Source: Polyangiales bacterium
GTDB taxonomy: Bacteria > Myxococcota_A > Polyangia > Polyangiales > Ga0077539
DNA: 64,000 bases
Direction of reading: 5' to 3'
Assembly: GCA_044229975.1 (NCBI GenBank)
Contig: JBGARZ010000011.1
Location: 96,001 to 160,000 of the forward strand
The position numbers were made by a program, and so were the translations under genes. Below are positions 1 through 10,418 of the stretch, one piece after another. The notes under the pieces were generated by a model. That model saw only the letters and a program-made list of their open reading frames with translations. It was not told the DNA's origin and ran no database searches. Positions within the stretch are counted from its first letter, which is position 1; the number at the start of each line of letters is the position of its first letter.

Positions 1-608
1 CCCTGTACCGCTGCGACGACGCGTCCTCCATGCGCGAGCTCGGCGCCACCCGCGACGACGCCGCGGGCGAAGCCTTCGACAAAGTCGCCAAGATGCTCGG
101 CCTCGGATACCCCGGCGGCCCCGTCATCGATCGCCTCGCCGCGAAGGGCGATCCCGCGGCCATCGACTTCCCGCAGGCGCTGCGCGGGCGATCGTTGGAG
201 TTCAGCTTCAGCGGGCTCAAGACCGCCGTCTCGGTGCACCTCGCGAAGCACGGCCAGCCCGCGGACGACAAGGCCCTGTGCGACCTCGCGGCGGGCGTGC
301 AGCGCGCCATCGTCGATACACTGGTTCGTAAACTGGTGCTCGCGGCGCAACAGCAGGGCGTGAAGTGTGTGGTGCTGGGTGGAGGGGTTGCCGCCAACCG
401 GGGGTTGCGCGCCCGCGCGGCCGAGGCATGTGCGAAGGCGGGACTGTCGCTGGTGGTTCCGCCGATGCGCGCATGCACCGACAACGCGGCGATGATCGCG
501 TACGCCGGGGCGGTGGCACTGCGTAGCGGACGTAGCGATGGTGCGTCGCTCGATGCACACGCCTCGTGGCCGGTGGAGGTCGCGCTCGCGCGGGTTGCCA
601 ACCCTTGA
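1..608 (+). CDS. tsaD: tRNA N6-adenosine threonylcarbamoyltransferase TsaD (5'-partial)
   Basis: TRDDAAGEAFDKVAKMLGLGYPGGP, FSFSGLKT, GGVAAN and CTDNAAMIA motifs. Confidence 0.96.
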   Translation, partial: LYRCDDASSMRELGATRDDAAGEAFDKVAKMLGLGYPGGPVIDRLAAKGDPAAIDFPQALRGRSLEFSFSGLKTAVSVHLAKHGQPADDKALCDLAAGVQRAIVDTLVRKLVLAAQQQGVKCVVLGGGVAANRGLRARAAEACAKAGLSLVVPPMRACTDNAAMIAYAGAVALRSGRSDGASLDAHASWPVEVALARVANP

Positions 609-664
609 CGACCGCCCGACGGTGGACGAAACCACGGCCGTCCACACCGCACACCAGGGAACGC

Positions 665-1681
665 ATGGACCTCGCGATCAACCCCGACCCTGACCCGACG
701 CCCGACCGCGTCGTGCGCCCGCGACACCGCGGCGCCTTCGGCCTCCCGGCCCTGCTCCGCTACCGCGCCGACCGGCGCATGGTGGTGATGGTGCTCGCGT
801 ACTTCGCCCTGCTCGCGTGGCAGTGGAACGTCCCGTCGCCGTCGCTCCTCCTCGCGATCCCGCTGTGGATGGCGACCTGCGTGCTGGCGTTCATGGGCGC
901 CGTGGCGACGCACAACACCCTGCACTGCCCGGTCTTCCACAGCCGCGCGCTCAACTCGCTGTGGCAGGTGGCGCTCACGCTCACGTACGGGCACCCGGTG
1001 TGCTCGTACGTCCCGGGGCACAACCTCAGCCACCACCGCCACACCGAGACCCGCCGCGACATCATGCGCACCTCCAAGGCGCGCTTCCGCTGGAACCTCC
1101 TCAACCTCCTCTTCTTCACCTCCAGCATCTCGACCACCATCCTCGGCGCGGAGTTCAAGTACCTCTTCGCGACGTGGCGCCGCCGCCCGCGCTGGGGCCG
1201 TCAGCTCCTGCTGGAGAGCGCGGTGTTCATCTCGTGGATGGTCGCGGCCTTCGCCCTCGACTGGAAGAAGGCGCTGGTCTTCGTCTTCATCCCGCACATG
1301 TACGCGGCGTGGGGCATCGTCACGATGAACCTCCTCCAGCACGACGGCTGCGACCCCGACTCGAAGTACAACACCGCGCGCAACTTCGTCGGCGGTCCCC
1401 TCAACTGGTGGACCTACAACAACGGCTTCCACACGGTGCATCACATGCGCCCGGGCCTGCACTGGAGCCTCGCTCCCGCGGCCCACGCGAAGCTCGTCGC
1501 GCCGCACATCCACCCCAACCTCGATCAGCCCTCGATGATCGCGTACGTGCTGCGGGTGTTCGTGATGCCGGGCGGTCGCAAGCGCTACGACGGGACACCC
1601 CTCGTGCTCGACGAGGTCGGCGCCGACGAGCCGTGGTTCGACGTCCCCACCGCCGAAGTCCGACCAGCCTCCGCGGGCTGA
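665..1681 (+). CDS. Membrane fatty acid desaturase family protein
   Basis: His boxes HNTLH, HNLSHH and HTVHH, QH motif, TM segments. Confidence 0.88.
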   Translation: MDLAINPDPDPTPDRVVRPRHRGAFGLPALLRYRADRRMVVMVLAYFALLAWQWNVPSPSLLLAIPLWMATCVLAFMGAVATHNTLHCPVFHSRALNSLWQVALTLTYGHPVCSYVPGHNLSHHRHTETRRDIMRTSKARFRWNLLNLLFFTSSISTTILGAEFKYLFATWRRRPRWGRQLLLESAVFISWMVAAFALDWKKALVFVFIPHMYAAWGIVTMNLLQHDGCDPDSKYNTARNFVGGPLNWWTYNNGFHTVHHMRPGLHWSLAPAAHAKLVAPHIHPNLDQPSMIAYVLRVFVMPGGRKRYDGTPLVLDEVGADEPWFDVPTAEVRPASAG

Positions 1682-1876
1682 GACACCCTTCGCCTCACAA
1701 CACAAGATCCGTGCGCTGTCGCGTCGAGATGACGTCGAAGGCATGCGGAGTGTTGACCCGAGGGGGCGGAGTTTGGTTCCATCGGGGGTCGAACGACGTG
1801 CAGATGGCGCTTTCCTCGCGGTGCTCGCGATGACGCGGTCGTCTGCCGACCACTCACCCGAGAAAGCACCCCTACG

Positions 1877-4800
1877 GTGAAATCAGAGAAATCATGGTTG
1901 TGGATCGCGCCAGCCCTGCTGGTCGCGGCCTGTAGCAGCACGCCCGGCGGCGGGGACATCCCCCTCGAAGACAGCGGGAAGACAGACCTCGGTACCGATC
2001 CCACGGACAGCGGGACCAACCCCACCGACACCGGGACCAACCCCACCGACCGGGGCTTCCCGACGAAGGACACGGGCTCTCCCACGGACGACACCGGCTC
2101 CCCCACGGACGACACCGGCTCCCCCACGGACGACACCGGCTCCCCCACGGACGACACCGGCTCCCCCACGGACGACACCGGCTCTCCGGTCGGCGACACG
2201 GGCTCTCCCACGGACGACACGGGCTCTCCGACGACGGACGGTTCGGTCTGCGCGGGCGGCCAGACCTTCTGCGGCACGAGCTGTGTCGACACCAACGTCG
2301 ACAACACCAACTGCGGCACCTGCGGCACCTCCTGCCCGACGGGCCAGAGCTGTCAGGTCGGCGTCTGCCGCGCGAGCTGCGCGGCCGGCCAGACCCTCTG
2401 CGGCACCACCTGCGTGACGCTCGACAGTGACCCCGCCAACTGCGGCACCTGCGGCACCGCGTGCCCGTCGGGCCAGATGTGCTCGGCCGGCCGCTGCGCG
2501 CTCACCTGCGCGTCGCCCCGCGTGGTCTGCACCGACTCGGCCGGCGCCATGGGCTGCGTCGATACGCTCACCGACGCCTCGAACTGCGGCGTGTGCGGGA
2601 GCGCGTGCACCGCGGGCCAGAGCTGCGTCGCCGGCACCTGCCGGCTCGTGTGCCCGTCGGGTCAGACCGCCTGCGGCGGCGCCTGCGTCGACACCAACAC
2701 CAGCAACGCCAACTGCGGCGGCTGCGGCACCGCGTGCCCGACGGGCCAGTCGTGCGCCGTCGGCATGTGCCGCCGTGACTGCGCGGCGGGCGAGACCCGC
2801 TGCGGCGACGCCTGCGTCAACACGCAGACCAGCAGCGCCAACTGCGGCGCCTGCGGCACCGCCTGCACCAGCGGGCGCACCTGCGTCGCCGGCGCCTGCG
2901 CGTGCCCGACGGGCCAGACCCTCTGCGGCACCGCGTGCCTCGACCTCCAGACGGACGTCGCCAACTGCGGCTCCTGCGCCAACGCCTGCCCCACCGGGCA
3001 GGTCTGCACCGCCGGCACCTGCCGCACCGGCGCGACGGCCAACGACCTGCCCGCGGGCGCGACGGTCATCAACATGACCTCGCCTGCGCAGACCCTGACG
3101 GGCACCACCGTCGGCGCGACCAACCAGTCGGGCTGCGGCACCGCGGGTGACGTGTACTACCGCTTCACGCTCACCGCGCGCGAGCTCGTGTACGTCGACA
3201 CCTTCGGGACGAGCTACGACACGCGCCTCGCGTTCGCTCCCTCGACCGGCACGGGCTTCATCGCCGACACCTGCATCGACGACGTGCTCGACTGCACCGC
3301 CGAGCGGATCCTCCAGACGCGGCTCGCCCGCGTGCTCACCCCGGGCACCTACTACGTGGTCGTGGGCGGCTTCGCCGACATCACCGGCCCCTTCACGCTG
3401 CACTTCCAGCACCTGCCCGTCGGCAACGGCCCCGTGGTCCAGATCACGTCGTTTGCCAACGGCACGCAGACCTTCCCGGGCACCACCAGTGGCACCGGGG
3501 TCATCACCCAGACCTGCCGCGCGGCCCCCGCGCCGGAGAACACCTACTGGTTCATGACCTGCCCGGCATTCCCGGCGACGCAGATCGGCGCCGCCACCTG
3601 CGGCGCGGCGACCTGGGACACCGTGGTCGAGCAGCGCAGCGCGGCCCGCACGGCCAACCTCTGCGACGACGACAGCTGCGGTGCGCAGTCGACGGTCACC
3701 GGCACCCTCAGCGCCGGCGCCGGTCTGCACACCATCTACGTCGACGGCTTCAGCACCACCTCGTCCGGGGCCTACACGCTGAGCGTCTCGTTCGCCAACT
3801 GCCCGGCGGGTCAGAACCTCTGCGGCTCCACCTGCGTCAACCTGCAGACCAGCGCCACCAACTGCGGCGCCTGCGGCACCGTGTGCACCGCCCCGACGGG
3901 CGGCTCCGTCGCCTGCACCGCGGGCGCCTGCGTGCGCTCGTGCCCGGCCGGCCAGAGCAACTGCTCCAACGTCTGCCGCGCCACCGCGACGGACGTGAAC
4001 AACTGCGGCGCCTGCGGCACCGTCTGCGCCCCGCAGACCGGCGGCACCGTCGCCTGCGCCGCGAGCACCTGCGTGCGCACCTGCCCGACGGGCCAGAACA
4101 ACTGCTCCAACACCTGCCGCAACTTCGCGACGGACAACAACAACTGCGGCGCCTGCGGCGTCGTCTGCGCGGCGGGCAACACCTGCCAGGCGAGCGTCTG
4201 CCGCCCGGCCAACAACGACCGCGCCAGCGCCACCGCCGTCACCCTGCTCGCGGGTGAGACCACGGTCACCGGCACCACGGCGGGCGCGACCTTCGACGGC
4301 CCGGCGGGCTGCGGCGACGGCGTGGCCAACGTCTGGTACCGCGTGACCCTCACCGGGTCCGAGGTGCTCTACGCCGACACCGCGGGCACCACCGCGTACG
4401 ACTCGCGGCTCTACCTGGTCAACAGCGCGGGCGCCCTCGTGGCCAACACCTGCAGCGACGACGCGGGCTGCACCACGGGCGGGTTCGCGTTCAACAACGC
4501 GCGCTTCGCCACGCTGCTCCCGGCGGGCACCTACTACATCGGCGTGTCGGGCTTCAACACCGGCACCGTGGGCGCCTTCACGCTGCACCTGCAGCACCTC
4601 CCGCGCACCATCGGGTCGTTCTTCTACGACACGGCCATCTCGGGCACCTCCACGGCCACCACCACGCTGGTGGGCACCAGCGCGCAGAGCAGCACCTGCG
4701 GCGGCACCGCCTCCGGCGAGGACGTCCGCTGGTTCATGACCTGCGGCGCCACGACGCAGTTCTTCAGCCTGTGCTCCAGCGACGGCGGCACCTTCTCGCG

Positions 4801-5056
4801 CCGCATCGGCACCACCAACTACGACCCGGCGCTGTACCTCCGCAGCGGCCAGAGCGGCGCGGAAGTGACCTGCAACGACGACGGCGGCACCATGGGCGGC
4901 ACCGCCTGCGCCGGCACCGGCACCGGCGCCGACACCAGCGCGTACGGCTCGCGGCTCAACAACGTCACCGTCCCGCGCGGCATCAACGCCGTGTTCGTCG
5001 ACGAGCGCGTCGGCGGCTCGGGCATGACGTACCGCCTCGCGTACACCGTCCGCTGA
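1877..5056 (+). CDS. Large Cys-rich repeat surface lipoprotein with PPC-like beta domains
   Basis: Lipobox LVAAC, acidic DTGSP linker, ~9 CVD...NCGxCGxxC repeats, PGTYYVVVGGF/AGTYYIGVSGF-type domains. Confidence 0.85.
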   Translation: MKSEKSWLWIAPALLVAACSSTPGGGDIPLEDSGKTDLGTDPTDSGTNPTDTGTNPTDRGFPTKDTGSPTDDTGSPTDDTGSPTDDTGSPTDDTGSPTDDTGSPVGDTGSPTDDTGSPTTDGSVCAGGQTFCGTSCVDTNVDNTNCGTCGTSCPTGQSCQVGVCRASCAAGQTLCGTTCVTLDSDPANCGTCGTACPSGQMCSAGRCALTCASPRVVCTDSAGAMGCVDTLTDASNCGVCGSACTAGQSCVAGTCRLVCPSGQTACGGACVDTNTSNANCGGCGTACPTGQSCAVGMCRRDCAAGETRCGDACVNTQTSSANCGACGTACTSGRTCVAGACACPTGQTLCGTACLDLQTDVANCGSCANACPTGQVCTAGTCRTGATANDLPAGATVINMTSPAQTLTGTTVGATNQSGCGTAGDVYYRFTLTARELVYVDTFGTSYDTRLAFAPSTGTGFIADTCIDDVLDCTAERILQTRLARVLTPGTYYVVVGGFADITGPFTLHFQHLPVGNGPVVQITSFANGTQTFPGTTSGTGVITQTCRAAPAPENTYWFMTCPAFPATQIGAATCGAATWDTVVEQRSAARTANLCDDDSCGAQSTVTGTLSAGAGLHTIYVDGFSTTSSGAYTLSVSFANCPAGQNLCGSTCVNLQTSATNCGACGTVCTAPTGGSVACTAGACVRSCPAGQSNCSNVCRATATDVNNCGACGTVCAPQTGGTVACAASTCVRTCPTGQNNCSNTCRNFATDNNNCGACGVVCAAGNTCQASVCRPANNDRASATAVTLLAGETTVTGTTAGATFDGPAGCGDGVANVWYRVTLTGSEVLYADTAGTTAYDSRLYLVNSAGALVANTCSDDAGCTTGGFAFNNARFATLLPAGTYYIGVSGFNTGTVGAFTLHLQHLPRTIGSFFYDTAISGTSTATTTLVGTSAQSSTCGGTASGEDVRWFMTCGATTQFFSLCSSDGGTFSRRIGTTNYDPALYLRSGQSGAEVTCNDDGGTMGGTACAGTGTGADTSAYGSRLNNVTVPRGINAVFVDERVGGSGMTYRLAYTVR
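2069..2236 (+). repeat. 21-bp coding tandem repeat (8 x DTGSP(TD))
   Basis: Unit gacaccggctcccccacggac repeated with small variants. Confidence 0.92.
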
Positions 5057-5201
5057 GCGGATCCGCCTCCTGACGGCGCGGGGTCCCTCGCGCCGCTCCC
5101 TTCCTCTCCGCTCCCTTCAGCCCACGCCCTCTCCCCTCGTTGGGCGAAGGGCAACGCTTGTTCGCCATCGCGGGCGGAGTTGCGGATAGACTCCGCGCCC
5201 G

Positions 5202-6593
5202 ATGAACAGCGCTAGTACGACGGAGCCCACCGACACCGCGGTCGCGCCGAAGCAGGGGCACCCGAAGGGGCTGTACCTGCTCTTCACCACGGAGATGTGG
5301 GAGCGCATGTCGTACTACGGCATGCGGGCGCTGCTGGTGCTGTACATGACCGGCGCCGCCAACCACGGTGGCTTCGGATGGAGCCGCTCCGACGCCCTGC
5401 GCATCTACGGGACGTACACCGCGCTCGTGTACCTGACGCCGCTCGCGGGCGGTTACATCGCCGACCGCTACCTCGGGCAGCGGCGCGCCGTGGTGCTCGG
5501 CGGCTTCCTGATGATGATCGGGCACTTCCTGATGGCGGTGCCGGGCGTCGTGGCGTTCTTCGCGGCGCTCGCCTTCCTCATCGTGGGCAACGGCTTCTTC
5601 AAGCCCAACATCAGCACCATGGTGGGCGGCCTCTATCCGCCCGGCGACGCGCGACGTGACGGAGCGTTCACCATCTTCTACATGGGCATCAACCTCGGGG
5701 CGTTTCTGTCGCCGCTCGTGTGCGGCACGCTCGGAGAGAAGCTCGGCTGGCACTGGGGTTTTGGCTCGGCGGGCGTGGGCATGGGCCTCGGGCTCGCGAC
5801 CTTCCTCGCGCTCTCCAAGCGCCTGCTCGGCGACGTGGGTCTGGCGCCGGCGACGCGCGCGCCCACCCTCGGGCGCCCCGGCGAGTCCGACGACTACCGC
5901 GCGGCAGGGGGCGTCGAGACAGAGAAGCCAAAGCTCACCGCCGTGGAAAAAGACCGCCTCGGGGTCATCTTCACGCTCACCTTCTTCAACATCTTCTTCT
6001 GGGCGGCGTTCGAGCAGGCGGGCGGCCTGATGACGCTCTACACCGACACCAAGGTCGACCGAAACCTCTTCGGGCTCATGGTCCCGACGACGTGGTTCCA
6101 GTCCATCAACCCGCTCTTCATCGTGCTGTTCGGGCCGGTGTTCTCGGTGCTCTGGGTGAAGCTCGCCAAGGCCCGCAAGGAGCCCACGACCCCGGCCAAG
6201 CTGGGCATCGGGCTGCTGCTGCTCTCCCTCGGGTTTGTGCTGATGCTCGGCGCCTCCAAGCAGTCCGAGCACTCGGGCAAGGCCGCGATGTTCTGGGTCG
6301 TCGGCGCGTACTTCCTCCACACCATGGGCGAGCTGTGCCTCTCCCCGGTGGGCCTCTCCGCCGTCAACAAGCTCGCGCCCGCCCGCTTCGCCTCGCTGAT
6401 GATGGGCGTGTGGCTCCTGTCGAGCTTCGTCGCCAACTACCTTGCCGGGCTCATCGGGAGCTACTCCGAGCGCCTCGGCGAGTTCGCGCTGTTCTCGACC
6501 ATCGTCGGGTTCACCGCGGCGGCGGGCGCCACCCTCGTAGCCATCAGCCCCGTCGTCGCGAAGCGCATGCACCCGCCCCCCACTGTGGGGTGA
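5202..6593 (+). CDS. POT/PTR family proton-dependent oligopeptide MFS transporter
   Basis: EMWERMSYYGMR, GNGFFKPNIST, FYMGINLG and ELCLSPVGLS motifs. Confidence 0.95.
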   Translation: MNSASTTEPTDTAVAPKQGHPKGLYLLFTTEMWERMSYYGMRALLVLYMTGAANHGGFGWSRSDALRIYGTYTALVYLTPLAGGYIADRYLGQRRAVVLGGFLMMIGHFLMAVPGVVAFFAALAFLIVGNGFFKPNISTMVGGLYPPGDARRDGAFTIFYMGINLGAFLSPLVCGTLGEKLGWHWGFGSAGVGMGLGLATFLALSKRLLGDVGLAPATRAPTLGRPGESDDYRAAGGVETEKPKLTAVEKDRLGVIFTLTFFNIFFWAAFEQAGGLMTLYTDTKVDRNLFGLMVPTTWFQSINPLFIVLFGPVFSVLWVKLAKARKEPTTPAKLGIGLLLLSLGFVLMLGASKQSEHSGKAAMFWVVGAYFLHTMGELCLSPVGLSAVNKLAPARFASLMMGVWLLSSFVANYLAGLIGSYSERLGEFALFSTIVGFTAAAGATLVAISPVVAKRMHPPPTVG

Positions 6594-6627
6594 CGGCGCC
6601 CAGCGCGGTCGTGCGATCATCGCGTCC

Positions 6628-9183
6628 ATGAACCGTCACATCCAGGGGTGTCTGGTGGGTCTCGTGGCTGCGCTCGCGGCGTGCTCCGACGGCCGCTCGG
6701 TGGTGGGAGGTCCGGCCGACTCCGGCTCCTCCACCGACCTCGGCGCGCTCGACGTGGGCTTCACCGTCGACGTGCCCGACGTGCCGGTCGCCGTCGACGC
6801 GAGCTTCGATGTGCCCGTCGACGTGGGCGTCGATGTGCCGGTGGATGTCCCGTTTCGCTGCGCCGACAACGCCGCGTGCATGGGCAACGCGGGCGGCGCC
6901 GTCTGCGACACCACCTCGGGCCGTTGTGTGCAGTGCGTCGCGACCGCCGACACCTGCCCGACGGGTCAGTACTGCGTCGGCTCCACCAACACCTGCGCCA
7001 CCGGGTGCCGCGACGACGCGGCCTGCCGCGTGGCCACCGACGGCGGCGTCGCCTCGCCCACCGCGCGCTGCGACACTTCGACCCACGCCTGCGTGGCGTG
7101 CCTCGCCAGCGACGACTGCCCCCTCGGCAACCTCTGCGTGGGCAGCGTCTGCGTGATGGGCTGCGACGCTACGCGCGCCTGCCCGTCGGGCCAGTCGTGC
7201 TGCTCGGGCGCCTGCATCGACCCGCAGTCCAACGTGGCCAACTGCGGCGCGTGCGACCGCCCGTGCTCGGTCACCAACGGGGCGCCCGCGTGCCGCAACG
7301 CCCTCTGCGCTGTCGGCTCGTGCGCCGCGCCCTTCGCCGACTGCGACACGCTGGCCAGCACCGGCTGCGAGGCCAACACGCAGACCGACGTGGCCCACTG
7401 CGGCGGCTGCAACATGGCCTGCGCCGCGCGCGCCAACGCCACCGCGCGCTGCGCCGCGGGAGCGTGCGCCTACCAGTGCGCGACGGGCTTCGAGGACTGC
7501 AACGGCGACCCGAGCGACGGCTGCGAGGTCGACACCCGCAGCTCGCTCTCCCACTGCGGGCGCTGCGGCGGCGCGTGCTCCCTCGCCAACGCCACGGCGG
7601 CGTGCACGGCGGGCGCGTGCACCATCGCGAGCTGCAACACGGGCTTCGGCGACTGCGACGGCAACGCGCTCAACGGCTGCGAGTCCAACACCCAGAGCGA
7701 CGTCACCCACTGCGGAACCTGCACCACCGCCTGCGCCTCGCGGCCCAACGGCGCGCCGGTGTGCGTGGCCGGGGCGTGCGGCATCACCTGCCTCGCGAGC
7801 TTCGCCGACTGCGACGGCGACGCGAACAACGGGTGCGAGTCCAACACGCCGACGGACGTGCGCAACTGCGGCACCTGCGGGCGCGCGTGCAACGGCACCA
7901 ACGGGGTCGCGGCGTGCCGGGCGGGGACGTGCGCGCTCGACTCGTGCAACGCGGGCTTCGGCAACTGCGACGCGGACATCAGCAACGGCTGCGAGGTGAC
8001 GCACGCGACGAGCAACGCGCACTGCGGGGTCTGCGGTCGGGTGTGCCTCGCGGGCGCGCCGTGCACCGCGGGCGTGTGCGTGCTCGGGCCGTACGGGGCG
8101 GGGACCGATGGGGCGTTTGTTCCGCCGACGGGGACGGTGACGATCAACACGGTGCGCTCGCCGGCCGCGGGGATGACCGGGACGACCGCGGTGGATCTCT
8201 CCAACCCGACGGGCTTCGCCGCGGGTCAGATGGTGTTTCTCCACCAGACGCAGGGGGCGGGCGCAGGCACCTGGGAGGTGCGGCAGATCACCCTGATGAC
8301 GGGCTCGCGCGCCACCGTCGAGTCGCCGCTCGTGGGCACGTACAACAGCACGGGCACCAACCGCGCGCAGGCGGTGGTGATCCCGCAGTACACGACGGTG
8401 TCGCTGACGGGCGCGACGGTGGTCGCCCCGGCGTGGGACGGCAACACGGGCGGCATCCTGGCGCTGGTGGCGCGGGACAGCGTTCGCATCCAGGGCGGCG
8501 GGCTCGTGATGAGCGAGCGAGGCTTCCGCGGTCACCCGCGGGTGAGCTCGCACTACCGCGCCGGCGACCAGGGCGAAGGCACCCTCGGCTACGGCGTGCA
8601 GGACATCGCACCCAACGGCAACGGCGGCGGCGGCGGCGGTCGGCTCACCTGCGAGTGCTGCTGGGCGGGCGCGGGCGGCGGCGGCGGCCACGCGACGGGC
8701 GGCGCCAACGGGAGCGGCGGCGGCGCGGTGTGCCAGCCGGGCGGCAACGCGGGCCTGGCCGTGGGCAGCGGCGCGCAGACGACGATCTTCTTCGGCGGCG
8801 CGGGGGCCAACGGCGGCGCCGAGGAGGACGGCTACGGGTCAGCGGGCGCGCACGGCGGCGGGATCATCTACGTGGCCTCGGCCGCGATCTCGGTGGAGTC
8901 GCCGGGCTTCATCCGCAACAACGGCCAGGTCGGGCAGAACGAGTTCAACGTCTCGGGCTGCGGCTCCGGCGGCGGCGGCGGCGGCGCGGGCGGCGCGGTG
9001 TACCTCCGCGCGAGCGCAGCGGCCCTGGGCGCCGGGCTCATCACGGTGAGCGGCGGGTTGGGCGGCGACGACCCGGGCAACTGCGGCACGCCCGGCGGCA
9101 TCGGCAGCGTCGGGCGCATCACGCTGCGTGGCTCCTCCACGACGACGGGGAGCACGACGCCCGCGTTCGTCGCGGTGCCCTGA
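6628..9183 (+). CDS. Cys-rich repeat lipoprotein with Gly-rich C-terminal domain
   Basis: Lipobox LAAC, DVP linker, DCNGxxxDGCE repeats, GTDGAF and GGGGGAGGAVYL motifs. Confidence 0.85.
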   Translation: MNRHIQGCLVGLVAALAACSDGRSVVGGPADSGSSTDLGALDVGFTVDVPDVPVAVDASFDVPVDVGVDVPVDVPFRCADNAACMGNAGGAVCDTTSGRCVQCVATADTCPTGQYCVGSTNTCATGCRDDAACRVATDGGVASPTARCDTSTHACVACLASDDCPLGNLCVGSVCVMGCDATRACPSGQSCCSGACIDPQSNVANCGACDRPCSVTNGAPACRNALCAVGSCAAPFADCDTLASTGCEANTQTDVAHCGGCNMACAARANATARCAAGACAYQCATGFEDCNGDPSDGCEVDTRSSLSHCGRCGGACSLANATAACTAGACTIASCNTGFGDCDGNALNGCESNTQSDVTHCGTCTTACASRPNGAPVCVAGACGITCLASFADCDGDANNGCESNTPTDVRNCGTCGRACNGTNGVAACRAGTCALDSCNAGFGNCDADISNGCEVTHATSNAHCGVCGRVCLAGAPCTAGVCVLGPYGAGTDGAFVPPTGTVTINTVRSPAAGMTGTTAVDLSNPTGFAAGQMVFLHQTQGAGAGTWEVRQITLMTGSRATVESPLVGTYNSTGTNRAQAVVIPQYTTVSLTGATVVAPAWDGNTGGILALVARDSVRIQGGGLVMSERGFRGHPRVSSHYRAGDQGEGTLGYGVQDIAPNGNGGGGGGRLTCECCWAGAGGGGGHATGGANGSGGGAVCQPGGNAGLAVGSGAQTTIFFGGAGANGGAEEDGYGSAGAHGGGIIYVASAAISVESPGFIRNNGQVGQNEFNVSGCGSGGGGGGAGGAVYLRASAAALGAGLITVSGGLGGDDPGNCGTPGGIGSVGRITLRGSSTTTGSTTPAFVAVP

Positions 9184-9190
9184 AGGGACG

Positions 9191-9817
9191 TCAGCGGGGG
9201 GCGCCCGCGTCGGCGCCCCGTTGCCCACCCGAGCGTTGGATCACATCGAGCGCGTCGAGGACCCGCAGGCGTTCGGCGTCGTCGACGGTGAAGACGCTCG
9301 CGCGGAGAGCGTCGGGGCGCCCGCCGTCCGCCACCGCGTCGCGGTACGTCGCGAGGCGGGTCGCGAAGGGCTCGTCGGAGGCTCCCATCTCTTCGAGGAT
9401 GTGTGGTGTCTCGATGATCCGCAGCGCCGCTGCTGCCACTCGCCCGGTCGCGCCGCCGTCGCCTTCGAGCGCGTCGAGCCGGGCGCGGAGCGACTCGACC
9501 CGCTGCCACACCAGCGCCATCCGACGTGGGTCGGGCGGCCCGCTCGCGGCGTCTGGAGAGGTGACCGGCGCGCTCGTCGGCGCGCGAGAGGGAGGGACCG
9601 GTAGCGCGGGGTTGGCGCGCGCGGATGCGTCGTCGACCAACAGCGGCGCGGAGCGGGACGAGACACCGGGCGTGTCGGGTGTATCTGGCGCGGTTTGATG
9701 CCGCGCGACGTCGATGGGAGGGGGCTTTGGCAGGACCCGGCGGGCGAGCGCCACCATGAAGGTCACCGTGAGCGTCACGGCGAGCGCCCACGGCAGCGCG
9801 GCACGCGCGAAGGACAA
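9191..9817 (-). CDS. Hypothetical protein with N-terminal hydrophobic anchor
   Basis: Open frame; TTG start just after the upstream stop; start uncertain. Confidence 0.55.
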   Translation of the reverse strand: MSFARAALPWALAVTLTVTFMVALARRVLPKPPPIDVARHQTAPDTPDTPGVSSRSAPLLVDDASARANPALPVPPSRAPTSAPVTSPDAASGPPDPRRMALVWQRVESLRARLDALEGDGGATGRVAAAALRIIETPHILEEMGASDEPFATRLATYRDAVADGGRPDALRASVFTVDDAERLRVLDALDVIQRSGGQRGADAGAPR

Positions 9818-9818
9818 C

Positions 9819-10172
9819 TCAGCCCGCGGTGTACGTGCCGCCGAGGGCGGTGCACACCTGACGAGCGTCCGCGTCAGTAGCCGGGGTGTAGAAGTTGAGG
9901 GTCGAGGTGGTCTGCACGCCGCCGACGACGCCCGGCGCCACGCAGCGACCCACGCGGTTGGTCGACGTGCAGGCGCTCGTCGAGTACGAGCCACTCGCTG
10001 ACGTGCAGGTCGAACGCGCGTTGGTGGCCGACACGTTGCTGTTGTAGTCGGCACAGAAGGTCGTCGAGCCCTGGGTCTGGGTGCAGCTTCCGACGCCGGC
10101 GGAGCTGGAAGAGTCAGAACAGGCGACGGCGGACCCGAGGAGCGCGACCAAGGCGAAGAAGCGGAGATTCAT
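9819..10172 (-). CDS. Small Cys/Ser/Thr-rich lipoprotein
   Basis: MNLRFFALVALLGSAVAC lipobox, 6 further Cys. Confidence 0.8.
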   Translation of the reverse strand: MNLRFFALVALLGSAVACSDSSSSAGVGSCTQTQGSTTFCADYNSNVSATNARSTCTSASGSYSTSACTSTNRVGRCVAPGVVGGVQTTSTLNFYTPATDADARQVCTALGGTYTAG

Positions 10173-10418
10173 GTTTCGGTGGTCCCAGTGGGTTGGAGAA
10201 GTCGCTGTGGCATTATTCCCGTAGTGCCAGCACCTTCTCGTTGAAACCGGATAAACACACACCACTTGCGCCGTGGTCAACAGACAAGAATGCCGCTCCC
10301 TCTTCGAGGCTCGCGGCTGCGATTGTGATGTCCTGATCCGAGACGGCACGGCGTGGGGTGCGGCTTGACGGCAGCACGCTATTCGTGCGAGCCGCAGCGC
10401 ACTTCATCGAGGTGAGAG

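Noticed and set aside
2069..2236. Regular direct repeats as a possible CRISPR array (also 23011-23080 and 60034-60090)
   Set aside because: Contiguous in-frame coding repeats with no unique spacers and no cas genes
5075..5151. GC-rich hairpins after the 1877-5056 gene as an intrinsic terminator
   Set aside because: No U-tract; hairpins of this size arise easily at high GC
1892..9698. Very long alternative-frame and antisense ORFs (e.g. 1892-4597 -, 6648-9698 +, and likewise 52091-54100 -)
   Set aside because: Arg/Ala/Gly/Pro-rich shadow ORFs expected at this GC content, overlapping well-supported genes
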